Positions 12,291 through 25,319 of a stretch of DNA of 64,000 nucleotides are shown here, one piece after another (the stretch's first letter is position 1; each line of letters begins with the position of its first letter). The notes under the pieces were generated by a model. The model did no database searches, was not told the DNA's origin, and was given only the letters and a program-made list of their open reading frames with translations. This stretch comes from Raja brachyura (Eukaryota). The stretch lies in NCBI GenBank assembly GCA_963514005.1, contig OY740807.1, forward strand, positions 30,194,001 to 30,258,000, given 5' to 3'. A program made the position numbers and the translations under genes.

Positions 12291-15200
12291 TTGAGAATTG
12301 AGTCCATTTTACAATAGTCCATTTATGAACGCTATGATTACATTTCACTTCAGAAGACTCTGTCATTAGTTTTTGATCCAAGAAAAAATTGTAAATTGCT
12401 GCACCAACAATCTATTTTATCCCAATACATTTGGGAAGTCATTTGTTAATTATTAGCAGAACTGCAGGATATAATACGTGAAAGTTTAGCATTTAATGCA
12501 AGCCCTCGTATCAGCATTTTGGGTGAAACATTTGCTTACATCAACCCCACTACAAGGACAAAGCATCTCAGATAATAATTTTAGTCAATTAATTAAAAAA
12601 AACATAATCTGATTTCCTATTTAAATTTTAAATTCAGTTTTGGAAATATGTTTCAAAAGCAGACTATGACAATACTGGAAAAAGCTGGAAATACTCAAAT
12701 GGTTAGGCAGCATCTGTGTAGGGAGAAGCAGTATTAATGTCACAAACGTTGTTTTTCTCTCTCATGAAGAAGGGTCTTGGCCCAAGGCATCGCCTGTCCA
12801 TTCTCTTCACAGATTCAGCCCGACCTACTTAGTTACTCCAGCACATTGTGTTTTACTCAAGATTCCAGCTTCTGCAGTTTATTGTATTTTTCTCCTTCAA
12901 ATGGCTGTTCCTTCTTCAAAGATCTCAGTTCAGTTCAGTTCTGTTTTGTTTATCGAGGTACAGTGAAAAGCTTTTGTTGCGTGCTAACCAGCCAGCAGAA
13001 AGACAATACATGATTACAATCGAGCCGTTTACAGTGTGTAGAAATGTGATAAGTGAATGTTGCTGTAGGAGTAAATATTTAAAAGATCTAGATGTAGAGA
13101 TCTACATTGAATTATGTGCTCTCACATTTACCTTCAGTCTCTATTCAAATCCCATTCTACAATTCCAGTCTGAAACAGGACCTGCTGGTACTGACAAGAG
13201 AGTACTGGTTTTGATCACTCCCCTGTTCCTGTATCTCAATGTGCAAAACAATATATACGAGTACAGCAGGAAAATTCACAGCTTCTGAACCATCAGTGCT
13301 CTCAGAATTCATTAACATTCCTGCAAACAGTAGGTCTGCTGATAATTGTAAAAATATGATGATTGCTCTATGCCAGTGCAAACACCTAACCATTTATGTC
13401 AGGCCTTACCTGCAGAGGGTGCAAAGAAAGGCTTGCAAGGCTTGTAATGTGGTCAGTCATGGTGCTGGCTCGAAGGGCCAAATGGCCTACTCCTGCACCT
13501 ATTGTCTATTGTCTATTGACAATACCAGCAGTGTGAGGTTAGATGAATGGACTGCATTTATTTAGGACAGAGAAGGTAACTTGGAGTCAGAGAGTCATAT
13601 AGCATGGAAATGGGCCCATCAACCCATCTAGTCTATCCCAATCAGGAAACGCCATCTAAGTTGGGCCAATTTCCCTCATATCTCTCTAAACCTTTCCGAT
13701 CCATGTACCTATCCAAAGGTATTTTAAATATTGGCATTGTACCTTCCTCAACAATTTCCTTTGGCTACTTGTTCCATACTCTACCTACCACCCTCTGAGC
13801 GAAAAGGTTGCCCCTCAGGATCCTATTAAATCTCACCTTAAACGTACAGTATGTCCTCTGATTCTTGATTCCCTTACTGTGGGAAAAAACTCTGGAGATT
13901 CAACCTACCGGCTCCCCTCATGATTTTATACCCCTTGATAGACGTCCTTGTGATCAGCAAAGGCTTTGGGAGAGTAATTCGACCATTTACACTTGTGGTG
14001 AGGAGCAAAACCCCAAAGGATATCAGCACAAAGTAGGGAATTTATCCAGAGACTGGTGAAAGTGTGAAAACATGGTGAGTTGTTGAGGGGATATGGATGC
14101 ATATCGATGGATACACAAGCGATGAAGAAGGGAATGGAGACTTGATGAGGTTGAACTGCACAAGGAATAATGGGCTTAGATTTAAGTGAAGCATGAATTG
14201 TCTGGACTCCATGGCCTGTTTCGGTACAATATGTTCTTACATAGAACATATTATACAATAAACAGATGTTTATTGTGCAAAGTCTTCTACAATAATCTAC
14301 CAGGTACCAATTACACAATATTTTGTTATGGTTTATGCCATAGGTGAAATCGCATTAAGTTTAATTTAAAATATATCTCGAAAATCTTCTACCAATATCA
14401 CAAGAACCTGCATCATGAGTGTGACAAATCTCCTAAGCATCAGAGCATAAATATTTTTAAAGGATTTCGGGGTCCTTATTAAAGGCCACCATTGTAAATA
14501 ATTATCTTAATTCCTTCAACTTAGGTCTGGTGATTTTGCGGCGGCTTGGAATGTCCGTTGGGTTTCCAACTGATTGCTTCCTGGCCTCGAATCATCTTTC
14601 TTCCTTGCTGCCTCAAAGATTCAGAGTTCATTTTACAACTTGAACAATCTGAAATAGATTGCGCGTGGCGGACCCGATAATTTTCTATTTTTTAGCCACA
14701 CTGAAAGGTGGTTACTGCACCGTTTACATCTATCCGCTCCAGCTAATCTAAAGCTGTTTTTCTCCGAACAATTTTCCGGGTCTACTTTGTTATTAACCAG
14801 CACCATATTCCCATTTAAATACCTCAGTGTGCTCATTGGGTGAATCTAATCAGGCTTCTGTATCAGGCACCAAGTCTGGACTCCTGCTCTATTTTCAGTT
14901 GATTGCTTTTGAAGTCAAGCTATGTTTCATTTTCCTTCATTTGTAGATGGATTTATGCAATGCTTTGCAATTTGCTATTTCCCTCTGTGAGCAGGTGTTG
15001 GCTCCTTAAAGATTGATCAGCACGGATGCTTTCCTGTTTTTCTTGAGATCCACAGGAGGTATCAGTTATCAGAGTTTAACCACCCCGGAGTCAACTTCGA
15101 TTGGCTTTGGGTATCTTTATTCAACAAAACCAAACACCCTAATCCCATTAATCAGGTGCTCTATTTTTAGCCGGCTATTACAATATCCCTTTTATTCCAT

Positions 15201-15564
15201 TACTATCTGCTTTTTGCCTGAGATCCATAACATTTGGTAAAATTACTCTTTGTCTGAAAAGCTGAGGGTTAGTTCAGGCAAATCAATATGAATATGTACC
15301 AGCCAAGCCATGCCTAATGTGTTTGAGAATTTGAAGGAAATATATGGATCCTCAAAGGTTTCCACATTAGGAGGATATTGATGGGAACGGAAAGATGTCA
15401 ACAGTGGTATCCATAGGGATAATTCTGAGCATTCATCTCAATATATACACAAGTGCCTTGTCATATAGAACCACTATCAAAACTGCCTGATGACAAAAAT
15501 AAAGATTAAGTTAGCAGTCTGGACAGATGGTAGTCAAAGATTTACCGAAGCAAAATATGAAGTT

Positions 15565-15852
15565 TAATTTAGTTTAGAGATACAGATGGAAACAGTTCCT
15601 TCAGCCCACTGACTCCAAGCCAACTAATCATCACCGGTACATTAGTTCTATACTGCACACTATGGACAATTTACAGAAGATACATTAACCTATGCAACTG
15701 CACATCATTGGAATGTGGCAGGAAACCGGAGCACCCGGAGAAAACCCATGCGGTCACAGAGAGAATGTACAAACTCTGTACAGACGGCACCCATAGTCAG
15801 GATCGGACCCGCATCTCTGGCACTGTAAGGCAGCAATTCTCCTGTGTTGCCA
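15565..15852 (-). mobile_element. HE1-like V-SINE
   Basis: GGAAACCGGAGCACCCGGAGAAAACCCA...GTCAGGATCGGACCC core on + (reverse complement of the SINE). Confidence 0.75.
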
Positions 15853-16909
15853 TAAATATTAAGTAATTTTAATTGTTGGAGGTGGGTACATATTTGAAGG
15901 GAATTGGAGATTCAAACCCTCAAATATGTAAAATTATGTTCACAATGTTGCATTAAAGACATCATTTTAGATCCTTATTTTTAAAAATTTAAATGTACTG
16001 TAAAATACAGGAGCAAATATATTAGACTGTGATGGAATGTTAGAGTGCAGCAAGGAACTGCAGATGCTGGTTTACACCGAAGATAGACACAAAAAGCTGG
16101 AGTAACTCAGCGGGACAGGCAGCATCTCTGGCGAAAACGAATAGATGACGTTTCGGGTCAGGTTCAGATCATATTAGGTTCAGTTTAATTGCCTTTCCTT
16201 CTCGACATAAAGACCATGGAAAGAGTATGGAGAGATTAATTTAGGCAATGATGAATATTAAAAGCTGTTGTTATGAAGAGAGACCAGTGGAATTGGTATG
16301 CTTTTCATCAGAAGAGGTCAACAGATTTCTGAAAATTGTGAGACGTTTTAATAAACAAACTTTGAAACCATAACCCATCAACCTCAAAAGGATGAAAGGA
16401 AAGTTTAGGAGTTTCATTTGCGGAGCGGGTTGTTAGGACAGTGAAATGGATTTCAGGAAGTAATGGTGACGGAAAAATGTATTTAAAGTCGAAATGAGAG
16501 AATGAATTTGCGAAGGAATGGGAAATAAATAAATCTGTCACGGAACTAATCTGGCAGTATTTGGTCAAATGGCTGCCCCCAGTTTATCAAGCTCGTAAGA
16601 GCTTCAAGACGTGGGCTGGGATGGGAAATCCCACAGGTACTCACCACAAAAACTAGGCTCCTTCTATTCCTGAGCCACATTTATATTTCTCCATGTCATC
16701 ATCGGAGCGACCAAAGTGGAGTGATGTAAAATGAAGTGGTGATATAGAGAGTGAGGGAATGGGTGATCTGGTGATGGGTCACTGATATATTAACTCGAGC
16801 AAATGGTACCCGGCAACATTGGGGGGACTCGGCACAGACCTATTCCAGGGGAGGAGGGGAGTGTGATTCCAAAATTGGATGGGTGGCCCACAAAGAATAT
16901 TCATGCTCT

Positions 16910-17350
16910 TGCGAGAATGTTGCCAGGACATGAGAGCCTGAGCTATAGGGAGAAGCTGGGCAGGCTGGGCCTTTTTTCCTTGGCTTCCAGGAGCATGAAA
17001 GGTGACTTTCTAGAGGTGTATAAGATCCTGAGGGGAATAGAGAGTGTAGATGCACAGAATCCTTCAGCCAAAGTAGGGGAATCAAGGACCAGATGACATA
17101 AGTTTAAGACGAGAGGGGGAAGATTTAATAGAAACCTGAGGGGGAATCTTTTCACACACTGATTGGGTATAAGGAACAAGCTGCCAGAGGAGGCAGGTAT
17201 TATAACAATATTTAAATTACATTTGGACAGGTACATGGATAGGAAAGGTTTAGAGGGATATGGGCCAAATGCAGGAAGCTGGGATTGGTGTAGATGGGAC
17301 ATCTAGATTAGGCATTGGGAAGCTGGGCCAGAGGGCCTGTTTCTGTGCTG
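16910..17350 (+). mobile_element. CR1 LINE 3' fragment
   Basis: RMLPGHESLSYREKLGRLGLFSL...GDFLEVYKILRG in ORF 16803-17096, followed by the CR1 3' tail. Confidence 0.8.
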
Positions 17351-17925
17351 ACCCATCTTTGGGGACCCAATTGCTCTGATTTTCACCCCAGCTATCTACT
17401 TCAGTGTGAGGACGCTTGATTTTCTGGGTTGATTATCAGTACTTTTTGCAGTACATTGGCACTTTATGAGACTCACGATTACAGGATCAAATGCACAAGA
17501 TGGCACTGAGGTGACTTTGGATAAGCCCACGTCTCCCTTTGTCACCCAATCTGCCCACGCCAGATCAGCCGCTTTGTAAATGAACACAACGTGGGTCTGG
17601 ATTGTATCATGATTATCCCCTCACCTACTTCCCCACTCTTTGGGCTGGGGTTGAATTTGGGGCTCGTGATGCTGGGACAGAGGTTAAAATAAGGACAGCA
17701 GTAAGTTACAGGCAGACAGTTCTTTAGCCTGAAGTGTTGTAGATGTGGGACTGATCAGTGTAGGGGTATTGGTTTTCTCCATATGTGTAAGTGAAATGGT
17801 TACTATAATAGACACAGTAATTAAATATGTAAATGAGACAAGAATAGGGAATATAAATATATATAACATAGAAATGCAACCTCTCTCCAGGAAAGAGAAA
17901 GAGAAAACCACTAAAAGTTGGCTTA

Positions 17926-19027
17926 ATAGCCTATATAATTAATAGCCTATATATATAACATAATCTTGGATAAGGAGAATCCAACAACTGAAACATATCG
18001 GCAAGCATGGGAAAAGGAAATCGGTTTATCCATAACAAAAGAAAATTGGGAAGAAAGTTTACAGCAAATACATCGGTGTTCGTTAAATGCCAGACATACA
18101 TTGATACAATTCAAAGTATTATACAGATTACACTATTCAACAACTAAATTAAATAGTATCTTTCACAATCTCTCTTCAATTTGTGATAAATGTAAGAACT
18201 TAGAAGCAAATTTAACACACAGTTTTGCTACATGTTCCAAACTGAATTACTACTGGACAGAAATTTTTAAGGTTATTTCTGAGGTTCTAAAAATTAGATT
18301 GGAGCCAGACCCAAAGTTAATAATACTTGGGATTTTGGATTCAAATTCGGTACTTACAGGAAATCAAAGAAATTTCTTTGATTACTGTTTGATAATAGGG
18401 AAAAAAATCATATTGAAATTTTGGAAGGGAACATTATCCCCCACAATCAAAATGTGGGCAGCAGAGATGTTGGAGACGTTACAATTAGAAAGAATCAGAT
18501 TTGTCCTATTGGACAAATATAATACTTTCGAACAAATATGGTCTCCATATATACAGTATCTAGAGAAGTAGCTGTTCTTGACGTCACAGCCTGACGGGTA
18601 CCCTGCGGGATTTGATGAGAATAATTGATTCTTATACTAGGATTAATAGGCATGTCTTCATTGATATTATTATTTGTAATAGTTTTAGATACAATATATT
18701 TTGTTGATTTTCATTGACACATATATATATATATAATATTTTTTCACTTTTTGTTAATCTATAATCTTTTTTCCTTGCTCTACTTTCTTCTTCTTTTCTA
18801 TATAATCAAATTATTATTTAATCACTTTCTTATTGATTTAAAACTATTCTATTCTTTTCTTTATTTCCAAAAAAATAGAAGATGATAACTGTCAATGGGT
18901 TATTTAAAAAATAATATGTAATTAAGCAGAGGTTTGTAAAGCTGTTTACATTATTGTAAATAGATTGCTTCTAATAAAATAAAGTAATCAATTTACCAAG
19001 TTAAAAAAAAAAATAAAAAAAAATAAA
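17926..19027 (+). mobile_element. 5'-truncated LINE-1 (ORF2 C-terminus, 3'UTR, polyA)
   Basis: Uninterrupted 201-aa ORF 17966-18571 with L1 C-terminal motifs (QFKVLYRLHY, CDKC..HSFATC, W.PY). AT-rich 3'UTR, AATAAA at 18973, polyA from 19003. 13-bp TSD AAAAGTTGGCTTA at 17913-17925 and 19028-19040. Confidence 0.9.
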
Positions 19028-19793
19028 AAAAGTTGGCTTAGAAACTAAACTAAACTTCCACAGAGGCACCTTGATCTGCTGAGTTCCTCCAGCAGTTTGT
19101 TTTTTATCCTTTGCAATTTTTTTGCTAACTTTTATTCTTCTCTAAGCCCACAAGCTAATTAATTTACTTGACTCTCTGTGAAGTGTTCAATTGATTTTAT
19201 AGATCCTGTTCTCAGTGAGGTCTCTTCAGGTTGTTTTGTGATATTTTATGGTAATTGGCGATTGTTTGTGTTCTGATCGTGTAGATTGAGATCTGATCTC
19301 ATTTTTAGAATCGTAAATTAGTCCGATCTTTTCTGTCCCGTGATTAGGATAATAAATTTAAATTCAATTTAAAAATAAATTGGATAGGCATTGGGATGAG
19401 AAGGGTATGGAGGGTTATGGTATGAGTGCAGGCAGGTGGGACTAGGGAAAAAAGTCGTTCGGCATGGACTTGAAGGGCCGAGATTGCCTGTTTCCGTGCT
19501 GTAATTGTTATATGGTTATATGGTTAATATATTTCCTGTCATTGACAGCCACGCCTATTATCCTCTCTAGTATGTGTGTTATTCAAGAGAACTAACGTTG
19601 ACTATTTTCTACTCAGTACTCTTTTTTGAGCCATAGTTATATTCAGCACTGAGACAGGAAAGAGTCAATAGTGTTTTATTGGTATATGTCCCAGATAGAA
19701 CAATGAAATTCTTACCTGCACCAGCACAACAGAATATGTAAACATAGTACACTGTAAACAATATAATAAACGAGAGAGAAGAAAAAAGTCAGT

Positions 19794-19915
19794 GTGTGTA
19801 CATATACACATACTCACTAATGCACATATATACAGGTCACATATACACACACACACACATGCCCATATATGTATACACACACACACACACATGCACATAT
19901 ATGTACACACAAAAC
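19794..19915. repeat. (CA)n/(TA)n compound microsatellite
   Basis: Visible interrupted ACAC/ATAT runs. Confidence 0.85.
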
Positions 19916-20233
19916 ACAAACAATTATAGTGCAATAATAACAATAATAATCTATGGAGAAACAGGTCTTTCATTCCAACTTTAACCATGCCAGCTATCAA
20001 ATACCATCCATATTAATCCCATTTACCCGTATTCAGACTGTAGCCTTCATTATTATTGACGTGCTCCTTTAGATATTTCTTAAATGATTGTCCCTGTCTC
20101 CGTCATAGCTGAATCCTGCCAGAATTTCAGCTGCACTGCAGGCTTGTGTACCAGGAACTGAAACAACTGCTCAGAAAGTTGATGAGACGAGAGGTTTTGT
20201 GAGGATGCCCCTCAGGAAGGCCTCTGGCAGCAC

Positions 20234-21384
20234 CAGGCACGTGCCGTGAGTAATTACTCTGGGTAGGCACTCAGTCCGCTTTAGAAAAAATGTAAACCGC
20301 GCATGCGCAGATTGTTCTCCCCGTTAAATAAATAAATAAATTAAAACAGTGACTTATCACAAAGTGCTGAATCTTCACTGCCTCACCGCTGCCGCAGCTC
20401 TCCGGGTGCGAAGCCACGGACTGTAGCTGGGGATAGAAGCAGCTCGGAGAGTGGCCACCGCTGAACTGGCCACCACTTCAGCGCCTTCTGCCGGCCCGCT
20501 CACCTTTGGCAGTGCTCTCTGTCTGTCACCTGCCGTTCGCCGACTTCACTCATGTCAGCGGCTTCCTGCAAATCCTTAAATTCCCACAGCCGAGTAACCT
20601 CAATCGCGCTGTTGGAATTTAAGGACATGAGTGAGGCCAGCGAGCAGCAGGAGAGAGGTTTTTAAATGGAGAGCTGCCAGAGGTGAGCGGGTGGTTCTGG
20701 AGCTAAGGTGGTGGCTGGTTCCGCTGTCCGGCCCGGCGGCCGCTCGAGCTACTTCTCTCTCTCTCCCCCCCCCACCCCCCCCCCCCGGCCTCAGAGCAGT
20801 GTCATTTCATGCCCCCTTGCAAGGAACGTCGCAAGTGGATGCCCCCGACCCCTCATTCATAACATTTGTGCCCTCCCTGCAACGTTACCCCGGGCCAGAC
20901 TCCCCACACGCTGTGAAAGGAGCTCTCTCCCCACTCCGACTCCCACACCCCCCCACACCCCGGCAAATACGGTATTAAAAAAAATAAATCACAAAATGTA
21001 CTTACCATATCATTGGGACACGACAAACCATGGTTGAAAACCCCGCCAATAAACTTGCACTGCGCATGCGCGGTAGACTGATGCGCATGCGCAGTATGAT
21101 GCTGCGCATGCGCAGTGCTACAAAGGCAGGATTTCTGCTGCCTTCAGCCCCGATTAAAATTGACGGCTTCAGGCAGCGCTGACGGCATGGGGGCTGCACA
21201 GAGCTTCCCGTGTCACAAGCGCTGTGGGTGAAAGGCACAGGGAATTATGCCTACCTAAGAGATCAGTCTCTTACATAGGCATAATTCTCCCATGCCTTTA
21301 CTATTTATATTTAATAATTCCCATTTCATAATTTTAGTCAGGGTAGGCAGTGCCTACCTTGCCTACCCTGACGGCACGTGCCTG
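20234..21384. mobile_element. Non-autonomous hAT DNA transposon
   Basis: TIR CAGGCACGTGCCGT(G/C)AG at both ends. Perfect 8-bp TSD GGCAGCAC at 20226-20233 and 21385-21392. No transposase ORF. Confidence 0.88.
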
Positions 21385-21801
21385 GGCAGCACCTACAATC
21401 AGGGCACCACTGATAACACAGTCAAGGTTAACGTTGTATCAAATATTACTTTTCTAGACCAGAGGGCATCAGGAAGATTCTGTAGTGACTGATGGAAAGT
21501 GACTGATCTTTATTCAGTAGTGGGCCAAGAATTTGCTAAAACTTCCGGCCAATATGATGTGAAGTTTGAGAAAACATTCATAAAGTTAGAAGAAGGAGAA
21601 TAACTCACATTACAGCTTACGTTATGCGCCTGTTTTATGAACAATATAATAGTATATAAACTGTGTAGGAAAGAACTGCAGATGTTGGTTTAAATCGAAG
21701 GTAGACACAAAAGGCAGGACTAACGCAGCAGGTCAGGCAGCATCTCTGGAGCGAAGGAATGGGCGGTGTTTCGGGTCGAGACCCTTCTTCAGACTGATAT
21801 A

Positions 21802-21940
21802 NNNNNNNNNNNNNNNNNNNNNNNNNNNNNNNNNNNNNNNNNNNNNNNNNNNNNNNNNNNNNNNNNNNNNNNNNNNNNNNNNNNNNNNNNNNNNNNNNNN
21901 NNNNNNNNNNNNNNNNNNNNNNNNNNNNNNNNNNNNNNNN
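21802..21940. other. Assembly gap (N run)
   Basis: 139 Ns, starting just after a pLTR arm. Confidence 1.
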
Positions 21941-22112
21941 CGGTTATATTGTTCGTAAAACAGGTCCACTCTGTAAGCTGTAATGTGAGCTGTTCTCCTC
22001 CTAACTTTATAAATGTTTTCTCAACACACAACAGCTTATTTATAAGGTAGACTAAACCTCGGATGCACCTCCATCTTCTTTCTCGCAACTTGCCTGTGCT
22101 TCCATTGACAAA

Positions 22113-22352
22113 GTGTGTAGGAAGGAACTGCAGATGCTGGTTTAATCCGAAGAGAACACAAAATGCTGGAGAAACTCAGCTGGACGGGCAGCATCCTCCT
22201 GGACAGAAGGAATGGGTGATGTTTCAGGTCGAGACCCTTCTTCAGACTGCAGAAGAATTCATCTGAAGAAGGGTCTTGACCCAAAACGTCACGCATTCGT
22301 TCTATCCAGAGATGCTGCCTGTCCCACTAAGCTACTCCAGCATTTTGTGTCT
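22113..22352. mobile_element. Penelope-like pLTR palindromic element
   Basis: TGTAGGAAGGAACTGCAGATGCTGG head. Inverted arms with degenerate hammerhead cores at about 22219-22246 (-) and 22263-22290 (+). Confidence 0.75.
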
Positions 22353-22619
22353 GCATTCAGTCCAATTGTCTATTTACTTCACATAGCGGATTTGAATCAA
22401 TCCACAAGTCATCATAATTGGAATATCCAGCCAGTTCTACGTTGGAATTCTGACAAGCCTACTGTCAACAACCACTTCAAACGCCTTGTATCAATATCAC
22501 TCTCTAAGATATTGGAGAATATACTGTGTTAAACTAACAATGTATTAGAGATAAGGGTTTGTGGAGAGAGAGAGAGAGAGAGAGAGTATTTCTTATGTGT
22601 GATGAGCATCGAGATCAGC

Positions 22620-23040
22620 TTGTTTATGTACCTTTACAAGATCACCTCTCAGCATCCTGCACTCCAAAGCCTAAAATCCTAGCTGCCCAATCGCTCCATA
22701 CAGCTGAAGCTCTTCAGTCCTGCCAACATTCTCATAAATTTTCTCAGCACTCTTTCCAGCTTAATGGTCTCTGTCCTCTAGCAGGGTGACTAAAACTGAA
22801 CACAACACTACAAGCATGACCTCACCATGACCTCACCAATGTCTTGTACAACTGTAACATAACAGCCTAACCTCCTATACTCAATTCCCTGAAGGCCAAA
22901 AGCAGCCTTCACCACCCTATATACCTGTGATGTCACTTTCAGGGAATTATCTGCTTGTACTCCGAGATCCCTCAACACGCCCCAGGGCTCCACTGTTCAC
23001 TCTGATGATCCTGCTCTGGTTTGACTTCCCAAAATACGAC
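22620..23040 (-). mobile_element. Degenerate CR1 LINE fragment
   Basis: ORF 22808-22993 RDLGVQADNSLKVTSQV.RVVKAAFG matches CR1 ORF2. Confidence 0.7.
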
Positions 23041-23671
23041 ACCAAAATTCATTGATTTCTCCTCCCCCGTCACGATTGCAGTGCGCAAGGCAGCAATACC
23101 CATAGCCTGTGAAGGAGTGCAGAACGGTGTGCTCAAGATCTCTGCCATAAAATGCAGTCAACCCAAAATTGTTGTCAGTCTCGCATTATAATGATGGCAA
23201 ATGCTGTGAGTTTTCTCATAATTACAACTTCTGCATACGGGGCTTCATAATCATATCTATATAATTAAAAGTGTCATCTTGACCACTTCCTGTTTGCACT
23301 GTGCTTTGATTTTAGAAAAAAACGCTACCACATATGGCTGTGATTTTTTAGCCATCTTACTCAGAGTCCACCTCCGCTGCGCAGGCCCAGATGATTTTTC
23401 TCATCGATGAAAAATAAAATGTTTATTAGTGTTTAAAAAACCTTGAGATTCTCTCTCCTGTCAATCACTGCCATAAAGGCCATGCCCCTTCTGATGGGAG
23501 GGAGGAGGGACTATAAAACCCGGAAGTGTGGGCGTGGCTCAGTCTGTCTACAAGATGGCGAGGGAGAGGTCACAACTCTCTGTCTGAGCTGGGAAACTAC
23601 AGAACACTGTTAGTATGTAATGCACTTGAATAAATGATTTGTTTGGCCTTAATGAAAACGTAATGAGTTGT

Positions 23672-23942
23672 TTGGCCTGCCCTGCGCTTGAACCTGCAAT
23701 GGCAATGGAAATTAAGTGAAAATGCGATCAGCTGTTTGGCTTGGCCTGCCCTGTGCTTAAAAGTACAATGGCAATGGAAATGAAGTGAAAATGCAATCAG
23801 CTGTTTGGCTTGGCCTGCCCTGTGCTTGAAACTGCAATGGCAATGGAAGTGAAATGAAAATGCAATGAGCTATTCAGCCTGCCCTGTGCTTGAAACTGCA
23901 GTTCAATTGGAAATGAAATAAAATGAGTTTTTTGGCCTGCCT
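23672..23942. repeat. About 69-bp tandem repeat, about 4 copies
   Basis: TTGGCCTGCCCTGTGCTTGAAACTGCAATGGCAATGGAAATGAAGTGAAAATGC... recurs at 23672, 23741, 23810, about 23875 and about 23932. Confidence 0.85.
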
Positions 23943-24310
23943 GAAACCACTAATTTCGGCCCACAAGACCCCTATTAGCCGAGAAACCAGTCCCCTTTGC
24001 CCAAAATGCTGGTATTAGCCCAGGTGGAGCATTTTGGCCAGACCAGGAAAAGTCCAGCGAAAGTGCCATTCACTGAGATTTTTTCAAAAGAGCCCCTTTG
24101 GCCCATCAGGCCTGTACTAGCCCAGGAGTCCCATCGGCCCATCAGTAAGTATTCCCCCTGCAAGTATTAAGCCTCACCCCAGTATTTTTCTCCCTCCCTT
24201 CATTGGCTCTGTGTGAGATCCAGACCAGGATAGACTTTCCTCCTTCATTGTTGTGATCTGCAGAAAAAAATGAAAAATGTCTAAAATTGATTCTCCACCC
24301 TCTTCCCCTT

Positions 24311-24858
24311 GCCAGACCAGCAGACCTGAGTGACTGAGCTGCCAGACCAGCAGACCTGAGTGACTGAGCTGCCAGACCAGCAGGCCTGAGTGACTGAGCT
24401 GCCAGACCAGCAGGCCTGAGTGACTGAGCTGCCAGCCCAGCAGACCTGAGTGACTGAGCTGCCAGCCCACCAGACCTGAGTGACTGAGCTGCCAGACCAG
24501 CAGGCCTGAGTGACTGAGCTGCCAGACCAGCAGGCCTGAGTGACTGAGCTGCCAGACCAGCAGGCCTGAGTGACTGAGCTGCCAGCCCACCAGACCTGAG
24601 TGACTGAGCTGCCAGACCAGCAGGCCTGAGTGACTGAGCTGCCAGACCAGCAGGCCTGAGTGACTGAGCTGCCAGAACACCAGGCCTGAGTGACTGAGCT
24701 GCCAGCCCACCAGACCTGAGTGACTGAGCTGCCAGCCCACCAGACCTGAGTGACTGAGCTGCCAGACCAGCAGGCCTGAGTGACTGAGCTGCCAGACCAG
24801 CAGGCCTGAGTGACTGAGCTGCCAGCCCACCAGACCTGAGTGACTGAGCTGCCAGCCC
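24311..24858. repeat. 30-bp minisatellite, 18 full units
   Basis: GCCAG(A/C)CCA(G/C)CAG(A/G)CCTGAGTGACTGAGCT x18 plus a partial unit. No unique spacers. Confidence 0.97.
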
Positions 24859-25319
24859 AAGAATCCATTCGGCCCACAATGTCCATACTAGCCCTCTGGA
24901 AACCAGTCCCTTCAGCCCACAACACCCATACTAGCGCTCCAGAAAGCCCCCCCCCCCCCCCCCCCCCCCCTCACTGGCCAGCAATATTGGAATTGGTGGA
25001 GAGGTGGAATATTGCATTGGGGGACCAGCCCTCCCGTGTGAACATGGGCCCACTTAGTCTAGAAATTATTATAACTCTCTTTGTTAGTTTGTTTCTCTTT
25101 CACACCTCCTCCAAAATCCGACGCGGTAACGGAGACATTTTTACATATTCTGTTAGAGATTTACATTATGATTTAAAAATTCCCCATACCTGAAAATATG
25201 GTTCATTATTTCCCGAGTTTCTTACTGAAATTGTTTTAAAATCAAAGAAAGTGTTTAAAATCAAGCCGAGCTGTATGACATCACAATGCCTTTGCTCGTG
25301 GCCCACCTGGCTCATGGCC

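Larger units (their letters stand above)
23256..25062 (+). mobile_element. Non-autonomous Helitron carrying minisatellites
   Basis: 5' end A|TCTATATAATTAAAA. 3' hairpin CCCGTGT-GA-ACATGGG (25033-25048) lies 10 nt before terminal CTAG (25059-25062). No TSD. The base after CTAG is A rather than the canonical T. Confidence 0.7.

Noticed and set aside
24311-24858. CRISPR-like array or repeat protein (ORFs of 214-245 aa on the minus strand)
   Set aside because: Units are contiguous 30-mers without unique spacers, there are no cas genes, and the DNA is vertebrate. The ORFs are open in all three minus frames only because the unit is a multiple of 3 and lacks stops on that strand.
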